The notes: generated by a model not told the origin, from the sequence alone. Numbered from the stretch's first letter, positions 51,970 to 62,895 are shown. The stretch: 64,000 nucleotides of DNA from Microcoleus sp. (GCA_042408215.1 JAYFMW010000005.1:128001-192000), one strand, 5' to 3'. Program-made: numbers and translations.

Positions 51970-54072
51970 TTAAGCTGTCGCTAAACCGCTGTGCTTTAAT
52001 AAAGCTTGAGTGCTCGGTTCTCGTCCCCGGAAAGTTTTAAACACTTCCATCGGGTGCAAACTCCCGCCCAATCCTAACACTGTATCTCGGAATCGCTGAC
52101 CTGTAGATGCGATCGCACTTTCATCTTCCAAACCCGCTTCCTCAAACGCGGCAAAAGCATCAGCGCTGAGCACTTCCGCCCATTTATAACTGTAATAACC
52201 AGCAGCGTAACCGCCTGCAAAAATATGCCCGAAAGCACACAACAATGCGTCTTCTTTCAGAGGAGGTAAAACCGTCGTAGTTTTCGCAATCCGATTGCGG
52301 ACATCGGCCACAGTTTCGCTACCTCCCGACTGATAGCGGTGGTGCAATTCGATGTCAACACTGCTCAAATACACTTGTCTGAGCATGGCGCTACCACTCA
52401 TATAATGACGCGCTGCTAGCAGTTTTTGGTAATAGTGTTCTGGCAAAGTTTCCCCGGTTTCGTAATGCTTTGCCATCCCGAACAAAGTGGCGCGATCGTA
52501 ACACCAATTTTCCATAAATTGACTGGGCAATTCCACTGCATCCCACTCAACATTATTGATGCCAGATGCCCCCGGATAGTCTACGTTTGTCAGCATATGC
52601 TGCAAGCCGTGACCGAATTCGTGAAACAAAGTTTCTACTTCCAAAAAAGTCATTAAACTCGGTTTACCGTCAACTGGCGGACTTTGATTGCACACCAAAT
52701 ATGCTATCGGTAAGCGCGTTGTGGTTGTTCCCGCTTGCACAAATTTAGCGCGCACCACGCACTCGTCCATCCAAGCACCGCCACGCTTTTCACCGGGGCG
52801 GCTGTAAGGATCTAAATAGAAATAGGCGATCGCATTTCCGGCTTCATCATCTATTTGGAAATAGCGCAGGTCTTCGTGCCAAACTGGAGCTTGACCGTCC
52901 GCAGCAGTTACTGTGATGCCGAACAGCCGCTTGACTAATCCAAATAACCCCTCTAATACCTGCGGCAAAGCAAAATAAGGACGCAATTCTTCAGCACTAA
53001 AAGCAAACTTTGATTCCCGTTGCCGTTCCGACCAAAAACCGACATCCCAGTGCTTAAAATCCTCAGCTTCCGGTGCGCCTTTTTCGGCAGCAAAAGCTTT
53101 CAATTCTGCTAAATCTTTGACAGCAGCGTCATAACTCGCGAGGCGCAATTCTTCTAACAAAGCCTCGACTGCTTCAACGTTGGGAGCCATTTTGCTAGCC
53201 AAGCTTAATTCCGCATAACTGAAGAAGCCAAGCAAAGCAGCTTTTTCCTGGCGCAGTGCTAAAATGCGATCGGTCAATGGCCAGTTATTTAACTCACCGC
53301 TAGAAGCACGACTGATAAAAGCTTTGTACAGTTGTTCGCGCAACTCGCGGCGAGTGCTATGCTGCATGAAAGGGCCGTAACTTGGGAAGTCTAAAGTGAT
53401 CCGCCAAGGCCCGTTTTCGGCCGAAGCATTTTCTGCACCGGCGGCGCGAGCTGCTTGGGCTGCTAAACTTAACAAACTTGGGGGTAAACCATCAATGTCT
53501 GCTTGGTTTGTCAGAGTAAGACTAAAGGCTTTGGTAGCATCAAGAACGTGATTAGAAAACTTGGTAGTAATTTCGGCCAGTTCTAATTGAATCGCATTGA
53601 AACGATCTTTTTGCTCGCCTTCCAAACCAACGCCGGAAAGTTGGGCATCTCGAATAGCTGCTTCTACAATTCGCTTTTGAGCTGATTCTAATTCATCCCA
53701 ATTTTCGCTGGCCCGCAGTGCTTTAAAAGCTTCGTAAAATGGTTTACTTTGATTGAGCTTGTTCGCAAATTGTACTACTTGCGGCTGTACTGTTTCGTGG
53801 GCCGATCGCAATTCCGGGCTATTTTTCACACCCATCAAATGTCCGACAATGCTCCAAGTCCAAGTTAAACGCTCTCCGAGGAGCTGGAGAGGTTCTACTA
53901 ACTCACTCCAAGTCGGCTTGACAGAGGCTTCTAAGACCGCTAGCTCTGTCTCTAGTGCCACCAAAAGTTGGGTAACAGCGGGGACTACGTGTTCGGGTGC
54001 GATCGCGTCAAATGGAGGCAATCCTTGACCAATCAGTAACGGGTTATCAGTAATAGTGGCAGTTGCAGTCAT
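51970..54072 (-). CDS. prlC: Oligopeptidase A (M3 family)
   Basis: KRGGAWMD, HEFGH, WDAVELPSQ, GYAAGYYSYKW. Confidence 0.95.
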   Translation of the reverse strand: MTATATITDNPLLIGQGLPPFDAIAPEHVVPAVTQLLVALETELAVLEASVKPTWSELVEPLQLLGERLTWTWSIVGHLMGVKNSPELRSAHETVQPQVVQFANKLNQSKPFYEAFKALRASENWDELESAQKRIVEAAIRDAQLSGVGLEGEQKDRFNAIQLELAEITTKFSNHVLDATKAFSLTLTNQADIDGLPPSLLSLAAQAARAAGAENASAENGPWRITLDFPSYGPFMQHSTRRELREQLYKAFISRASSGELNNWPLTDRILALRQEKAALLGFFSYAELSLASKMAPNVEAVEALLEELRLASYDAAVKDLAELKAFAAEKGAPEAEDFKHWDVGFWSERQRESKFAFSAEELRPYFALPQVLEGLFGLVKRLFGITVTAADGQAPVWHEDLRYFQIDDEAGNAIAYFYLDPYSRPGEKRGGAWMDECVVRAKFVQAGTTTTRLPIAYLVCNQSPPVDGKPSLMTFLEVETLFHEFGHGLQHMLTNVDYPGASGINNVEWDAVELPSQFMENWCYDRATLFGMAKHYETGETLPEHYYQKLLAARHYMSGSAMLRQVYLSSVDIELHHRYQSGGSETVADVRNRIAKTTTVLPPLKEDALLCAFGHIFAGGYAAGYYSYKWAEVLSADAFAAFEEAGLEDESAIASTGQRFRDTVLGLGGSLHPMEVFKTFRGREPSTQALLKHSGLATA

Positions 54073-54399
54073 TTAATTTTCTTGTAACAGGTTGAAAACA
54101 GGTGAACTAGACAGGTTAGCTTTTAATCTTTTAACACAGTTGTCGAAAAACTTGGGAGTAAGTAGGGACACGGCATTGCCGTGTCCCTACTTGGAAGCAA
54201 TGCCGTGTCCCTACGGGGATCGCTCTCAGGTTTACTTCATAAACTTGCAATCTGCTATAATATCCTACACTCATTGGGATGCTCCCAAAAAGTTGGATTC
54301 GTGAGGGCGAGAGTCGGAGAGTGTCTGAATGTCTGAGCCGGAAAATCTTCCTTCTGACTGATGACTAATGACTGATGACTAATGACTAATGACTAATGA

Positions 54400-55287
54400 C
54401 TAATGACTACTCTCTTGTGTATGCTCCAACTGCTTCAGCACCGTGATTAAGCGCTTGAGGTGAGGTTTGACAACTTGTTGCTGCTCCTGCTCCAAACGGT
54501 GGATTTGAGCCTGCACCACGGACAAATCTGGGGTCGATTGGTTCTGTTGAGCCTGCACTTGAGTTTGGAGATTGGCTATTACTTTCTGGATTTCCAAAAA
54601 TCTATTATTTACCCCTTCCCAGTCATCTTGAGTAATCGTAGTTTCTGCCAATTGTTGCATCGCGATTTGCAGTTGCTCGATGGCTTGTTCAACAGATTCT
54701 AAGTTTGTCGGCTGCGCCACCGATAAATCTTGTAGTTGTTCCTTCACCTGCTGGCGGATATCAATTACAGCAGATGCGACGATTTCTTGCAAAGAAGCTA
54801 CTGACTGTCCCAAACTCAGCAACTGCTGCTCAATTGCGACGCTCGACGACGAGTCAAAGCTTTGATTCCGGGAGAGTGTAGCCATTTGCTGGCTCAGCGA
54901 TGCAATATCTGCTGACAACTGCTTGCGGAGTTTAACAATTACCGTCACTGCGGTTTTCTCGACTTTATTTACAGATTTTTGTACTTGGGTAATTTCGGAG
55001 TTTTGATACACCCGCACTTGCTGCTCGAATCGGTATCGGTTAGCAACGTTGAGCGATAAAGCTAAAGTTAGGGGAGCCACTCCGTAAAAAGCTTGACCCG
55101 AAACTGCTACGGCGAGGGAACCGACACCAGAGGCTGCGAGGGACGCATACTCTGCGAATTCCAGCCAGTGTCTTTGAGGAAAAGTTGGCCTCAAGTGGTT
55201 GGTAGCTGAGGGGTTTGGCTGGCGTATGGCTCTTTGGGTCATGGTATCTTCCCGTTGTTGGTAAGGTTGCGATAATTGCTGGAGCAT
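54400..55287 (-). CDS. Hypothetical membrane-anchored coiled-coil protein (start uncertain, alternative 55242)
   Basis: Two hydrophobic segments followed by long Q-rich helix. Confidence 0.7.
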   Translation of the reverse strand: MLQQLSQPYQQREDTMTQRAIRQPNPSATNHLRPTFPQRHWLEFAEYASLAASGVGSLAVAVSGQAFYGVAPLTLALSLNVANRYRFEQQVRVYQNSEITQVQKSVNKVEKTAVTVIVKLRKQLSADIASLSQQMATLSRNQSFDSSSSVAIEQQLLSLGQSVASLQEIVASAVIDIRQQVKEQLQDLSVAQPTNLESVEQAIEQLQIAMQQLAETTITQDDWEGVNNRFLEIQKVIANLQTQVQAQQNQSTPDLSVVQAQIHRLEQEQQQVVKPHLKRLITVLKQLEHTQESSH

Positions 55288-55890
55288 TGCTTCTATCCTT
55301 TTTTTTAACTTATGTGTTTTTGATAACTGGCTGCTACTCTGAGTATTTTGAAGTATGAAAGTATACAACAGGCTGTAGAAAAACTCTGCCAAATGCGGAG
55401 CGCCCGTGCGATCGGCTCTCAAGAAGCCAACTGCATAATATGATGTATCTGGCAGTTTGTGCCGCTCGTCCCCAATTCGGGCTATTTTAAGAGTTACTCC
55501 CACACGCACCCTATTTTACAGGAGTTAGCGCTCTGAGGGTTAGGGCGATCGACTATAGCTTTAGTGGCAAAGCAATCGCCGCCTAATTTCCTCGATTTAA
55601 TTGGCCTGTCCCAAATTTACTGCAAAGCTTGACAAATGAATTCAGAAAAACCCGGAATTGGCGATCGGCTCAAGTCTATTTTCAGTATCGCACTCTTTGT
55701 GATTCTGGTAGTGGGAGTCGGCTTTTTAAGCATCAATTTTATTTTAGCTATTTCTGCAAAATTTTCTTAAAATTAGGACTTAGCACGGGTGCTCAGAAAC
55801 CGGGTTTTTTGCGAAAATATTTCGTGATAGCCACAGATTCGGTAAAAAACCCGGTTTCTTTAGCAAGGTCGAAAGTAACTTATAATAATT

Positions 55891-56325
55891 TCAACTGTAA
55901 AGATTGTGGTCGGGGTCTAGCCAGACAATATAAAAAACATTTTCACTAAAGAATCCATGCACCCTGCCGTATTCATTAGCAGATATTTGAAACTGGTAGG
56001 GAACATTTACTAGGATATCTTCATTGGGAATCCCGAAGCCATTAGGCTCAGTTGTATCTTTCCAAACTATACCATGACAGCGCAGACTTTTACTCTGATT
56101 ATTGATAACTTCTTGAGCGTTCAATTGTGACAAATCGCGCAGCCTTCTCAAGAGAGATGCTAGATATCTAGAATCTCGACCGCTCAGGGAAAATTTATCT
56201 TTGTCATCCTGATAATACCTGAAAGAAAAACTAATTCCTTCGGGGATTTTTACATCTAGACGCTTGATGCTAGATAAAGATTGCTGGCGGCGTATATCTG
56301 CTTTTTTAATTTTATTCGATGACAC
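55891..56325 (-). CDS. Putative toxin partner of Panacea antitoxin (possible RelE-like fold)
   Basis: Overlaps antitoxin stop; C-terminal YQF.IS....RVHGF....FYIVWLDPDHNLY. Confidence 0.6.
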   Translation of the reverse strand: MSSNKIKKADIRRQQSLSSIKRLDVKIPEGISFSFRYYQDDKDKFSLSGRDSRYLASLLRRLRDLSQLNAQEVINNQSKSLRCHGIVWKDTTEPNGFGIPNEDILVNVPYQFQISANEYGRVHGFFSENVFYIVWLDPDHNLYS

Positions 56326-56782
56326 GGCTTTTGTAAAATTCTCTCATTGATTCCTTCGTAATAATAGCATGAGAAGGTTCATCTTTTGGCAATTCGCCTC
56401 TAGCCTTAATCCAAGGGTCTTCGCGGCGCACCATCAATTCTAACTCATAAGCATCGCAAAAGAAATACTCGTCGGCTAACTCGTCTAAAAACTCTTGTAC
56501 TTCTTTGGTAAATTCTGGTTTTTCGACTTCTTTGAGAATTGGCTTAAACCCAAATTGTTCTTTGTATTCGTAAAATAAAGCCGGGATAGTCGGCCCGTGC
56601 ACCCAAGCTTCAAAATCCTCATCAAAAAGCGGTGTATCCTCAAAGGCTAAATACCATGCTTGGGCATAGTACAAGAGTTTTTGTAGCTTGTGGTTGCTGA
56701 GGTAGGAACCTACGTCATTGGCGAACCAGATGTAGTAATCCGCGAGTTTGGAGGCTGTTGTCACTGTAGTTATTGTGGTCAT
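56312..56782 (-). CDS. Panacea-domain (DUF4065/SocA/GepA-like) antitoxin
   Basis: KLQKLLYYAQAW, FEAWVHGP, EDPW. Confidence 0.88.
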   Translation of the reverse strand: MTTITTVTTASKLADYYIWFANDVGSYLSNHKLQKLLYYAQAWYLAFEDTPLFDEDFEAWVHGPTIPALFYEYKEQFGFKPILKEVEKPEFTKEVQEFLDELADEYFFCDAYELELMVRREDPWIKARGELPKDEPSHAIITKESMREFYKSRVIE

Positions 56783-57137
56783 CTAACTCGACTCAATAAG
56801 TTTTGTATTCTATGATAGCACAGGGCGATTTTGGTTATAACTGAGATATTACACAATTCTCAACTAGCTGTAGGGGCGGGTTCACCAGCAACCTTAAACG
56901 GTGCAAACAGGTTAAATAAACCCGCCCCCACCCACAAAAAAGCCCCTTATACCAATTTTTTATGAGGCTGCATAGAATCCGATCCCCCCTAACCCCCTTA
57001 ATAAGGGGAGTAGAGGAGTAGGGGGTGTGGGACAAGAACGTACTCAAAGTCCCCCTTATTAAGGGGGATTTAGGGGGATCTGGATATGTGCAACTTGACA
57101 TTAAATTGGTATTATTGATATTGGTGTAATATCTCAG

Positions 57138-58509
57138 TTACAACTCTTTGATATACTGCTTCAGTACAGGTGGCAAAGTGTAAAAGTTTTCTAGTTTTTC
57201 GATCAAGCAGCGCCGCGATAGAGATTGCAATGCGTTTAGCAAATCTGATGATGATATTTGTCCATTTTGTAGCAATTTGGCGAAGTTGAGTGGCTGGTTT
57301 TCTGTCGCCAACAATGACATGACTTGTTTTTCTAGTTCGGAAGTGCGATCGAACTGCTCATCTAAAACATCCTTCAAATCTTCCGGCAACAATATGGTAT
57401 CATCTATTAATAACTCAGTCGCGCCGATTCCCAACTCTTGCATCAAAGTCGCCACGCTTTTTAACCAAAAGGGATTTCCTTGGTAGCGGTGAATGAGTGC
57501 TTCGCAGTCGTCGGTTTCTGCTAATCCTTTATCTCTGAGAATTTCCCGTGCGGCTGCGGTGTCTAAACCAGTGAGTTGTAAGGTACGAATGGGAGTATTT
57601 TCGCTGGTGAGTTGAGGAACTTCTTTCGGTGGTTCCCAACCGATTAGCAGAAAGCAACTTTGATGGGATAATTTTTCTATTTGTTTGAATAGGGAGCGAT
57701 ATTCTTCGTAATCTGGTTTATACTTTCCTGCCAATTCTCCGCTAGAAAAAAGGTTGTGAACGTCATCTAAGACTACTAAACAACGATGGTTTTGTAAATA
57801 CTTAATCAGCGGTAAGCGTTTCTGGTTGGTTGGGGATGAATCAGGGTTTTCTGACTGGGAAAACAACTGTCTTAGGTTAGATTGAAATTTATCTATGGTG
57901 GGGAATTCGTCTAGAGTGTACCAAACTGCGTACTCAAACTCGTTTTTGATTTGTTTTACGAGTTGTACTGCTAGGGATGTTTTGCCGATGCCGCTGATTC
58001 CGGTGAGGGCTGATGAGGCGGCAGTTTTGTTGTAGAATCCATGTGGTGAGGGTTTGGAGTTCGTGGGTGCGATCGAAGAAATTACCCAATTCCGGCATTT
58101 CGCTTAAATCTTGATGCGAAGTTTTAGTTTGTTTTGAGTTAGCTGTTTCCTGATTTGGTGGGTGTGAGTTGGGTATATCTGGTGGGTGTCTACCTTCTCC
58201 ACAGATATTGAAACTACCGCTCACGTTATGTGCAAAGTTTAAAACATTAGAGTTTTGCAACCTCTCTATTGCCGATCGCAAATTTGATTTACTAACATCT
58301 TCTCCTAACTCTTCTGAAAGTATTTCCCATAATTCTGCTCCCACTTTCCGAACACTACTTTCCGAACAGTCAAAGTCTTTGGCTATGTGCTTGTATGTTT
58401 CACGTTCGAGAGTGCCTTTGAGTACCGCTGCTTGTAAATCGTCAAGGTGTTGACCAGTTTTCTCGAAGACTATCTTATTGGCGAGGTTTAAAGCTTCTTT
58501 TAGGTTCAT
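57138..58509 (-). CDS. N-terminal HTH plus NB-ARC-type ATPase, frameshift near 58010
   Basis: FFDRTHELQTL, GISGIGKTSL (read at about 57975-58005), LVVLDD Walker B, GNP motif; no C-terminal repeats. Confidence 0.8.
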
Positions 58510-58716
58510 TGGGAAGAGAGAGATGAGTTTTTTGTATTATAGCTCACATTCAGGAACAATTTAGTACATTTATCTACATTTTTGTACAAAACTAGATTAA
58601 AGAGGTGGAAATGGCTGACAAGCCGCTCACAAAATTGAACATTTTTGGGCTAGACAAATCTTTGTTTTGTAAGGACAATAGTATAAACATTCAAGAAGCT
58701 AATACTCAAGACTGCA

Positions 58717-59091
58717 ATGAATACATTACAAAAGAGAGTTGCTTTACCTGACATTGGTGAAGTGTCTCCTATCTCAGATAAAGACAGAGCTTGCTTCAAT
58801 GAAATCCGGGAGGTTCTTCTGCGATATAATAACCTTGATCGCCTTGGAATTTGCTTATTGCATGACCATTTTTCAATTTATGACGATGAGGTTTTACTAG
58901 AAGTTTGCGATCGAGAAAATCGCACACTAACAATACAACCAGTGAAGCGGACGCACCCAGATTTAGATAACTCTATTGGTACACAATATCGATTAGATGT
59001 TGAGGAAACAGAGCAATTTACTTTAGGATGCAAACTCGAGTGCAAAAGAGGTCAAGATAATAAACATTACGGTTACAAAGAACATTTTTAA
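58717..59091 (+). CDS. Hypothetical protein divergent from NB-ARC gene
   Basis: 124-aa ORF, LLHDHF motif, Cys/His in tail. Confidence 0.65.
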   Translation: MNTLQKRVALPDIGEVSPISDKDRACFNEIREVLLRYNNLDRLGICLLHDHFSIYDDEVLLEVCDRENRTLTIQPVKRTHPDLDNSIGTQYRLDVEETEQFTLGCKLECKRGQDNKHYGYKEHF

Positions 59092-59326
59092 ATGTTAACG
59101 TCTTAATTTCACCTACAAAGTGCGATCGCCCTTACTTAGAGGTTGGGTTGAAGCAAGGAAACCCAACCTCTTTTTCCGCTCAGAATCTTATCTATTTCTA
59201 CCATTTTCATGCCACGCTTGTACAGATAGCGATGGCCTACGGCACGCTTCACGAAAGCGCCTCATATTAACTTTTAGTTCCACTCACAAATATTTATCAG
59301 CTTTTAGTTTCACTTAGGCAGCAAAC

Positions 59327-59800
59327 TTGGGAGATAAGATGACTGAGAATCGAAAGCCAGAAAAAGCAAAAGATTTCGTCGAAAAGTTCCTGCAAATATC
59401 AGGTAAGGTCTTTGAAGTTCTTGGGAAAATCATCAAATGGTGGTTCTGGATCTCAATGTTTTTAGTTGGAGTAATATTTTGGCTTCTTGACCTTTGGTTA
59501 GGTGATGGTCGTAATCCTATCCCTGCTCCTTGGGACAATAAGCAACCTGAATTTGATCCAAATCAGTTCCGACAAGAGTTTCCAAACATCAAAGTCAAAG
59601 ACGTGAAAGAGTTTCAAGAAAAACTAGAGCAACTGGAGCGACAAGATAGGTTGGACTCTAAGCAAAAAGATGTTGTTCGGAAACTTCGGCAGTTTGATGG
59701 CTCGAAATATGACAGTCGGCTGCGAGATGTTTTTGAGGACGATGAGCTAGAGGAACTCATACTGCTCATTCTGATTCTTCTTGGAGTGGAGATAAGCTGA
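59327..59800 (+). CDS. Hypothetical membrane protein (likely start 59339)
   Basis: One TM segment; stop overlaps next ATG (TGATG). Confidence 0.6.
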   Translation: MGDKMTENRKPEKAKDFVEKFLQISGKVFEVLGKIIKWWFWISMFLVGVIFWLLDLWLGDGRNPIPAPWDNKQPEFDPNQFRQEFPNIKVKDVKEFQEKLEQLERQDRLDSKQKDVVRKLRQFDGSKYDSRLRDVFEDDELEELILLILILLGVEIS

Positions 59801-60411
59801 TGTCAGGCAATCTTTATTTTGATGATTTTCGGATTCCACCGGATTCTCCGCTACTTAGATATCTTGATATTAAGCCAGGAAGCTACGACGCTAAGTGGGA
59901 TGCTTCATCAGCAACATTATTGCTGAAAAAAAAATTAGGAAAAAAAATAACTACCTTAAATATCACTTTTGAACAGTTGAATATGATTCTTATGACTGTT
60001 CAATCACAGCGAGACAAATTTACTGCTGAAGACCTCGAAATAATAGAGCAGATAAAACGAAAAAAAAGTCCTTCGGTAGCGAAGGACTATGAAAGCCACC
60101 ATATAATTCCTATCGAGATTTGTGAGCGTAGTCTATTAGTGATCAGAGCAAAAAAATTTGCTTTTGACGAAGATAAAGATCCAAATAGAATCACTCTTCC
60201 CGTCACTTTTCATAGGGGTTCGCACCCAAGATACTCGGATTTTGTACAAGGTATTCTCGAAGATGAGTGGGCAGATTTGATTAAAGATGAGGCAGAAAAT
60301 GATCGCGAATCTGTTCTGAAAATCCTGTATGGGGCAATTGGCTATTTTAAAGATAAATTAAGGGAAATGAGCAAAAAAGGGCTATGCAAAATCAACCAAA
60401 TGTTTATGTAA
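59800..60411 (+). CDS. AHH-type (HNH/EndoVII fold) nuclease domain protein
   Basis: ESHHIIP...NRITLP..FHRGSHPRYS. Confidence 0.75.
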   Translation: MSGNLYFDDFRIPPDSPLLRYLDIKPGSYDAKWDASSATLLLKKKLGKKITTLNITFEQLNMILMTVQSQRDKFTAEDLEIIEQIKRKKSPSVAKDYESHHIIPIEICERSLLVIRAKKFAFDEDKDPNRITLPVTFHRGSHPRYSDFVQGILEDEWADLIKDEAENDRESVLKILYGAIGYFKDKLREMSKKGLCKINQMFM

Positions 60412-60613
60412 AAGCCAACAGGCTAACAATTCTGTTGCAGTGGACTAGCAAGAATAATCGGTGTTTTGGCAAGATATCGCGCCCATAACGCATAAAGATC
60501 GATCGCCCTTTCTTGTTTCTGATGACCGATCGCCTAAAATCAAAGAGCGATCGCCCCATAACGAATAAAGTGCGATCGCCTTTTCTTGTTTCTGATGAGC
60601 GATCGCCTAATAA

Positions 60614-61054
60614 TCATCGCTCCGTCTCTGGCATTTCTCCATCAACAACAACCAACTCCACACCACAGCGAATTGCCGCTTCCGCCAAGCGAGTATCCAG
60701 TGTTGCGATCGGCAATTCCAATCGTATTGCTAACTCTAAATAAGCTGCATCATAAGCAGCTAAACCTTCTTGTCTTCCTAGTACCAGAGTTGACGAAAGT
60801 GCGTTGCTATCCGTAGCTTCATCCACCTGAATTAAAAGTGATTGTAACAAAGCAATAGCCATCTCAGATTGCTCAGTCGTCATGCGGTTGCGTCGCTCAG
60901 CAACTAGGATAGTATTAGCAACTTCTAGCGACCAAATGCCTGGTACAAATGCTTCGCAATCTGGCATCATCGCGAGTATAGCATTGGCATAATCGTTATC
61001 TTCATCGACTAAGCACCAACTAATGGCTACAGAACAATCCAATACAAACTGCAT
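60614..61054 (-). CDS. vapC: VapC PIN-domain toxin
   Basis: FVLDCS, LEVAN, YDAAYLELA, TLD. Confidence 0.9.
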   Translation of the reverse strand: MQFVLDCSVAISWCLVDEDNDYANAILAMMPDCEAFVPGIWSLEVANTILVAERRNRMTTEQSEMAIALLQSLLIQVDEATDSNALSSTLVLGRQEGLAAYDAAYLELAIRLELPIATLDTRLAEAAIRCGVELVVVDGEMPETER

Positions 61055-61326
61055 TAAAACCTGCGCCCTTCTTCTATCATTTCACGGATTGAGCTTTGAG
61101 CCAAAGCAATTTCTTTCCGCAGTTGTAGCATTCTAGCAATTGCTGCTTGAATTGATTTTTTAGTAGTCACCTTTCCCCAAGCGTTATACTTCGGTTTAAC
61201 TTCCTCAGATGGTAGATGCTGTACAACTACTACCACTTCAACAGAAGTATCTTTAAACTCAGCGGGCATTTGGAGAAGCAATATGCCATCTGTTCCAATA
61301 TGCGATCGCAGTTTCATTGTTTCCAT
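61054..61326 (-). CDS. Putative antitoxin of upstream-coupled pair
   Basis: Small gene coupled to vapC, tail IREMIEEGRRF. Confidence 0.75.
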   Translation of the reverse strand: METMKLRSHIGTDGILLLQMPAEFKDTSVEVVVVVQHLPSEEVKPKYNAWGKVTTKKSIQAAIARMLQLRKEIALAQSSIREMIEEGRRF

Positions 61327-61538
61327 GCAAGACTCCAGAAACTTCGAGCAATTCTACTTTACCTCAAAGCTGTTCACCTTTGCCAGTATCTTGACCGATC
61401 GCATAGGTGCTATTGAATGGTTGCGCGATCGCCCTTCACAGCAAATACCAAACAGTGCGATGATTGTACAAGTTGCGCGTGCGTAGCTATCCCGTAGGGA
61501 ATCGCCCTTCGCACCAAATACCTTCTGGCTGCAATTAC

Positions 61539-62895
61539 CAAAATTTTGGGTCTAAAGCCCCGTCCTTCTAGGACGGCTTTAATTTCTATAAAGTGTAAAC
61601 AATTATTAAATATATGCACTTTGCGAATACAATGCTCTGCAAAGGCAATAGAATAATAGCATGATTGTACTAGAGTTCAAGTTAAAAGGTAAAGCGCAGC
61701 AGTATCGGGTCATAGACGAAATGCTCCGCACAGCGCAATTTGTCCGAAACAAAACTCTTAGACACTGGATCGATAATCAAGTAGTTAAGTTAGTTGAGCT
61801 ATACAAACAATGCGCTATCATGGCGAAAGAGTTTGAATGGGCGGGTAAACTTAACTCAACGGCACGTCAAGCTTCGGCTGAACGGGCCATTTTTGCTATT
61901 CAACGTTTTTTCTCGAATTGCCAAGCTAAAAAACCAGGGAAAAAAGGATACCCACAGTTTAAGAAACACACCCGTTCAGTAGAGTACAAACAGTCAGGTT
62001 GGGCGCTTTCTAACGACAAAAGATGCTTGACGTTTAAAGACGGCTTCGCTGCGGGAAAATTCAAGTTACTCGGTAGTCGAGACTTGCACTTTTATGCGCC
62101 TGGTGAAATCAAACGAATCAGAGTAATCCGTCGTGCCGATGGCTACTACGCTCAGTTTTGTATCAACGTAGAACGGACAGAGGAAACAATTCCTACTGGC
62201 AAAGCCGTAGGGTTGGACGTGGGTTTAAACCATTTCTATACCGATAGTACCGGGGCAACAGTTCCAAATCCTCGACACCTCCATAAAAGTGAAAAAGCTT
62301 TAAAGCGGTCGCAGAAAAGGGTTTCCAGAAAAAAGAAAGGTTCTGGCAATCGTAAAAAAGCTATCAATAAGTTAGGAAGAAAACACTTGAAAGTCAGTAG
62401 GCAACGCAAAGACTTCGCCATCAAGACGGCGTTGTGCGTAGTGAAATCTAACGATTTTGTAGCCTACGAAAACCTTCAGGTAAAAAATATGGTGAAAAAC
62501 CATAAGCTTGCTAAATCAATCAGTGATGCAGCGTGGTCGCAGTTTGCTCAATGGTTGCAATACTTTGGAAAAGTGTACGGTAAAACGGTAATTGCTGTTG
62601 CTCCTCAGTACAGTTCCCAAGATTGTTCAAGTTGTGGGAATCTAGTTAAGAAATCGCTGTCGATCAGAACCCATATTTGCAGTTGCGGTACGATACTAGA
62701 CCGCGACCATAACGCAGCTCTGAATATTCTGGCAAAAGGATTGAAAGCCCGTGCAGGAATTAATCTAAATACGGTGGGGCACACCGGAATTAACGCTTGG
62801 GGACAGAACGACCTCTACTCGTTGGTGGTGACATCAACGGGCAAGCCGACTGATTGAACCAAGAATCCTCGTGCCTGATAGCCGAGGAGTGTCAA
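61539..62895 (+). mobile_element. IS200/IS605-family element carrying only tnpB (IS1341-like)
   Basis: TTAC at 61535-61538 before left end, hairpin AAAGCCCCGTCC..GGACGGCTTT; right-end hairpin TCCTCG..CGAGGA then GTGTCAA. Confidence 0.8.
61661..62857 (+). CDS. tnpB: RNA-guided endonuclease TnpB
   Basis: RuvC GLDVG, AYENL, DRDHNAA; zinc finger CSSCG...CSCG. Confidence 0.93.
   Translation: MIVLEFKLKGKAQQYRVIDEMLRTAQFVRNKTLRHWIDNQVVKLVELYKQCAIMAKEFEWAGKLNSTARQASAERAIFAIQRFFSNCQAKKPGKKGYPQFKKHTRSVEYKQSGWALSNDKRCLTFKDGFAAGKFKLLGSRDLHFYAPGEIKRIRVIRRADGYYAQFCINVERTEETIPTGKAVGLDVGLNHFYTDSTGATVPNPRHLHKSEKALKRSQKRVSRKKKGSGNRKKAINKLGRKHLKVSRQRKDFAIKTALCVVKSNDFVAYENLQVKNMVKNHKLAKSISDAAWSQFAQWLQYFGKVYGKTVIAVAPQYSSQDCSSCGNLVKKSLSIRTHICSCGTILDRDHNAALNILAKGLKARAGINLNTVGHTGINAWGQNDLYSLVVTSTGKPTD

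Noticed and set aside
61661..62857. Cas12-like CRISPR effector
   Set aside because: About 400 aa with IS200/IS605 ends and no adjacent array; ordinary TnpB
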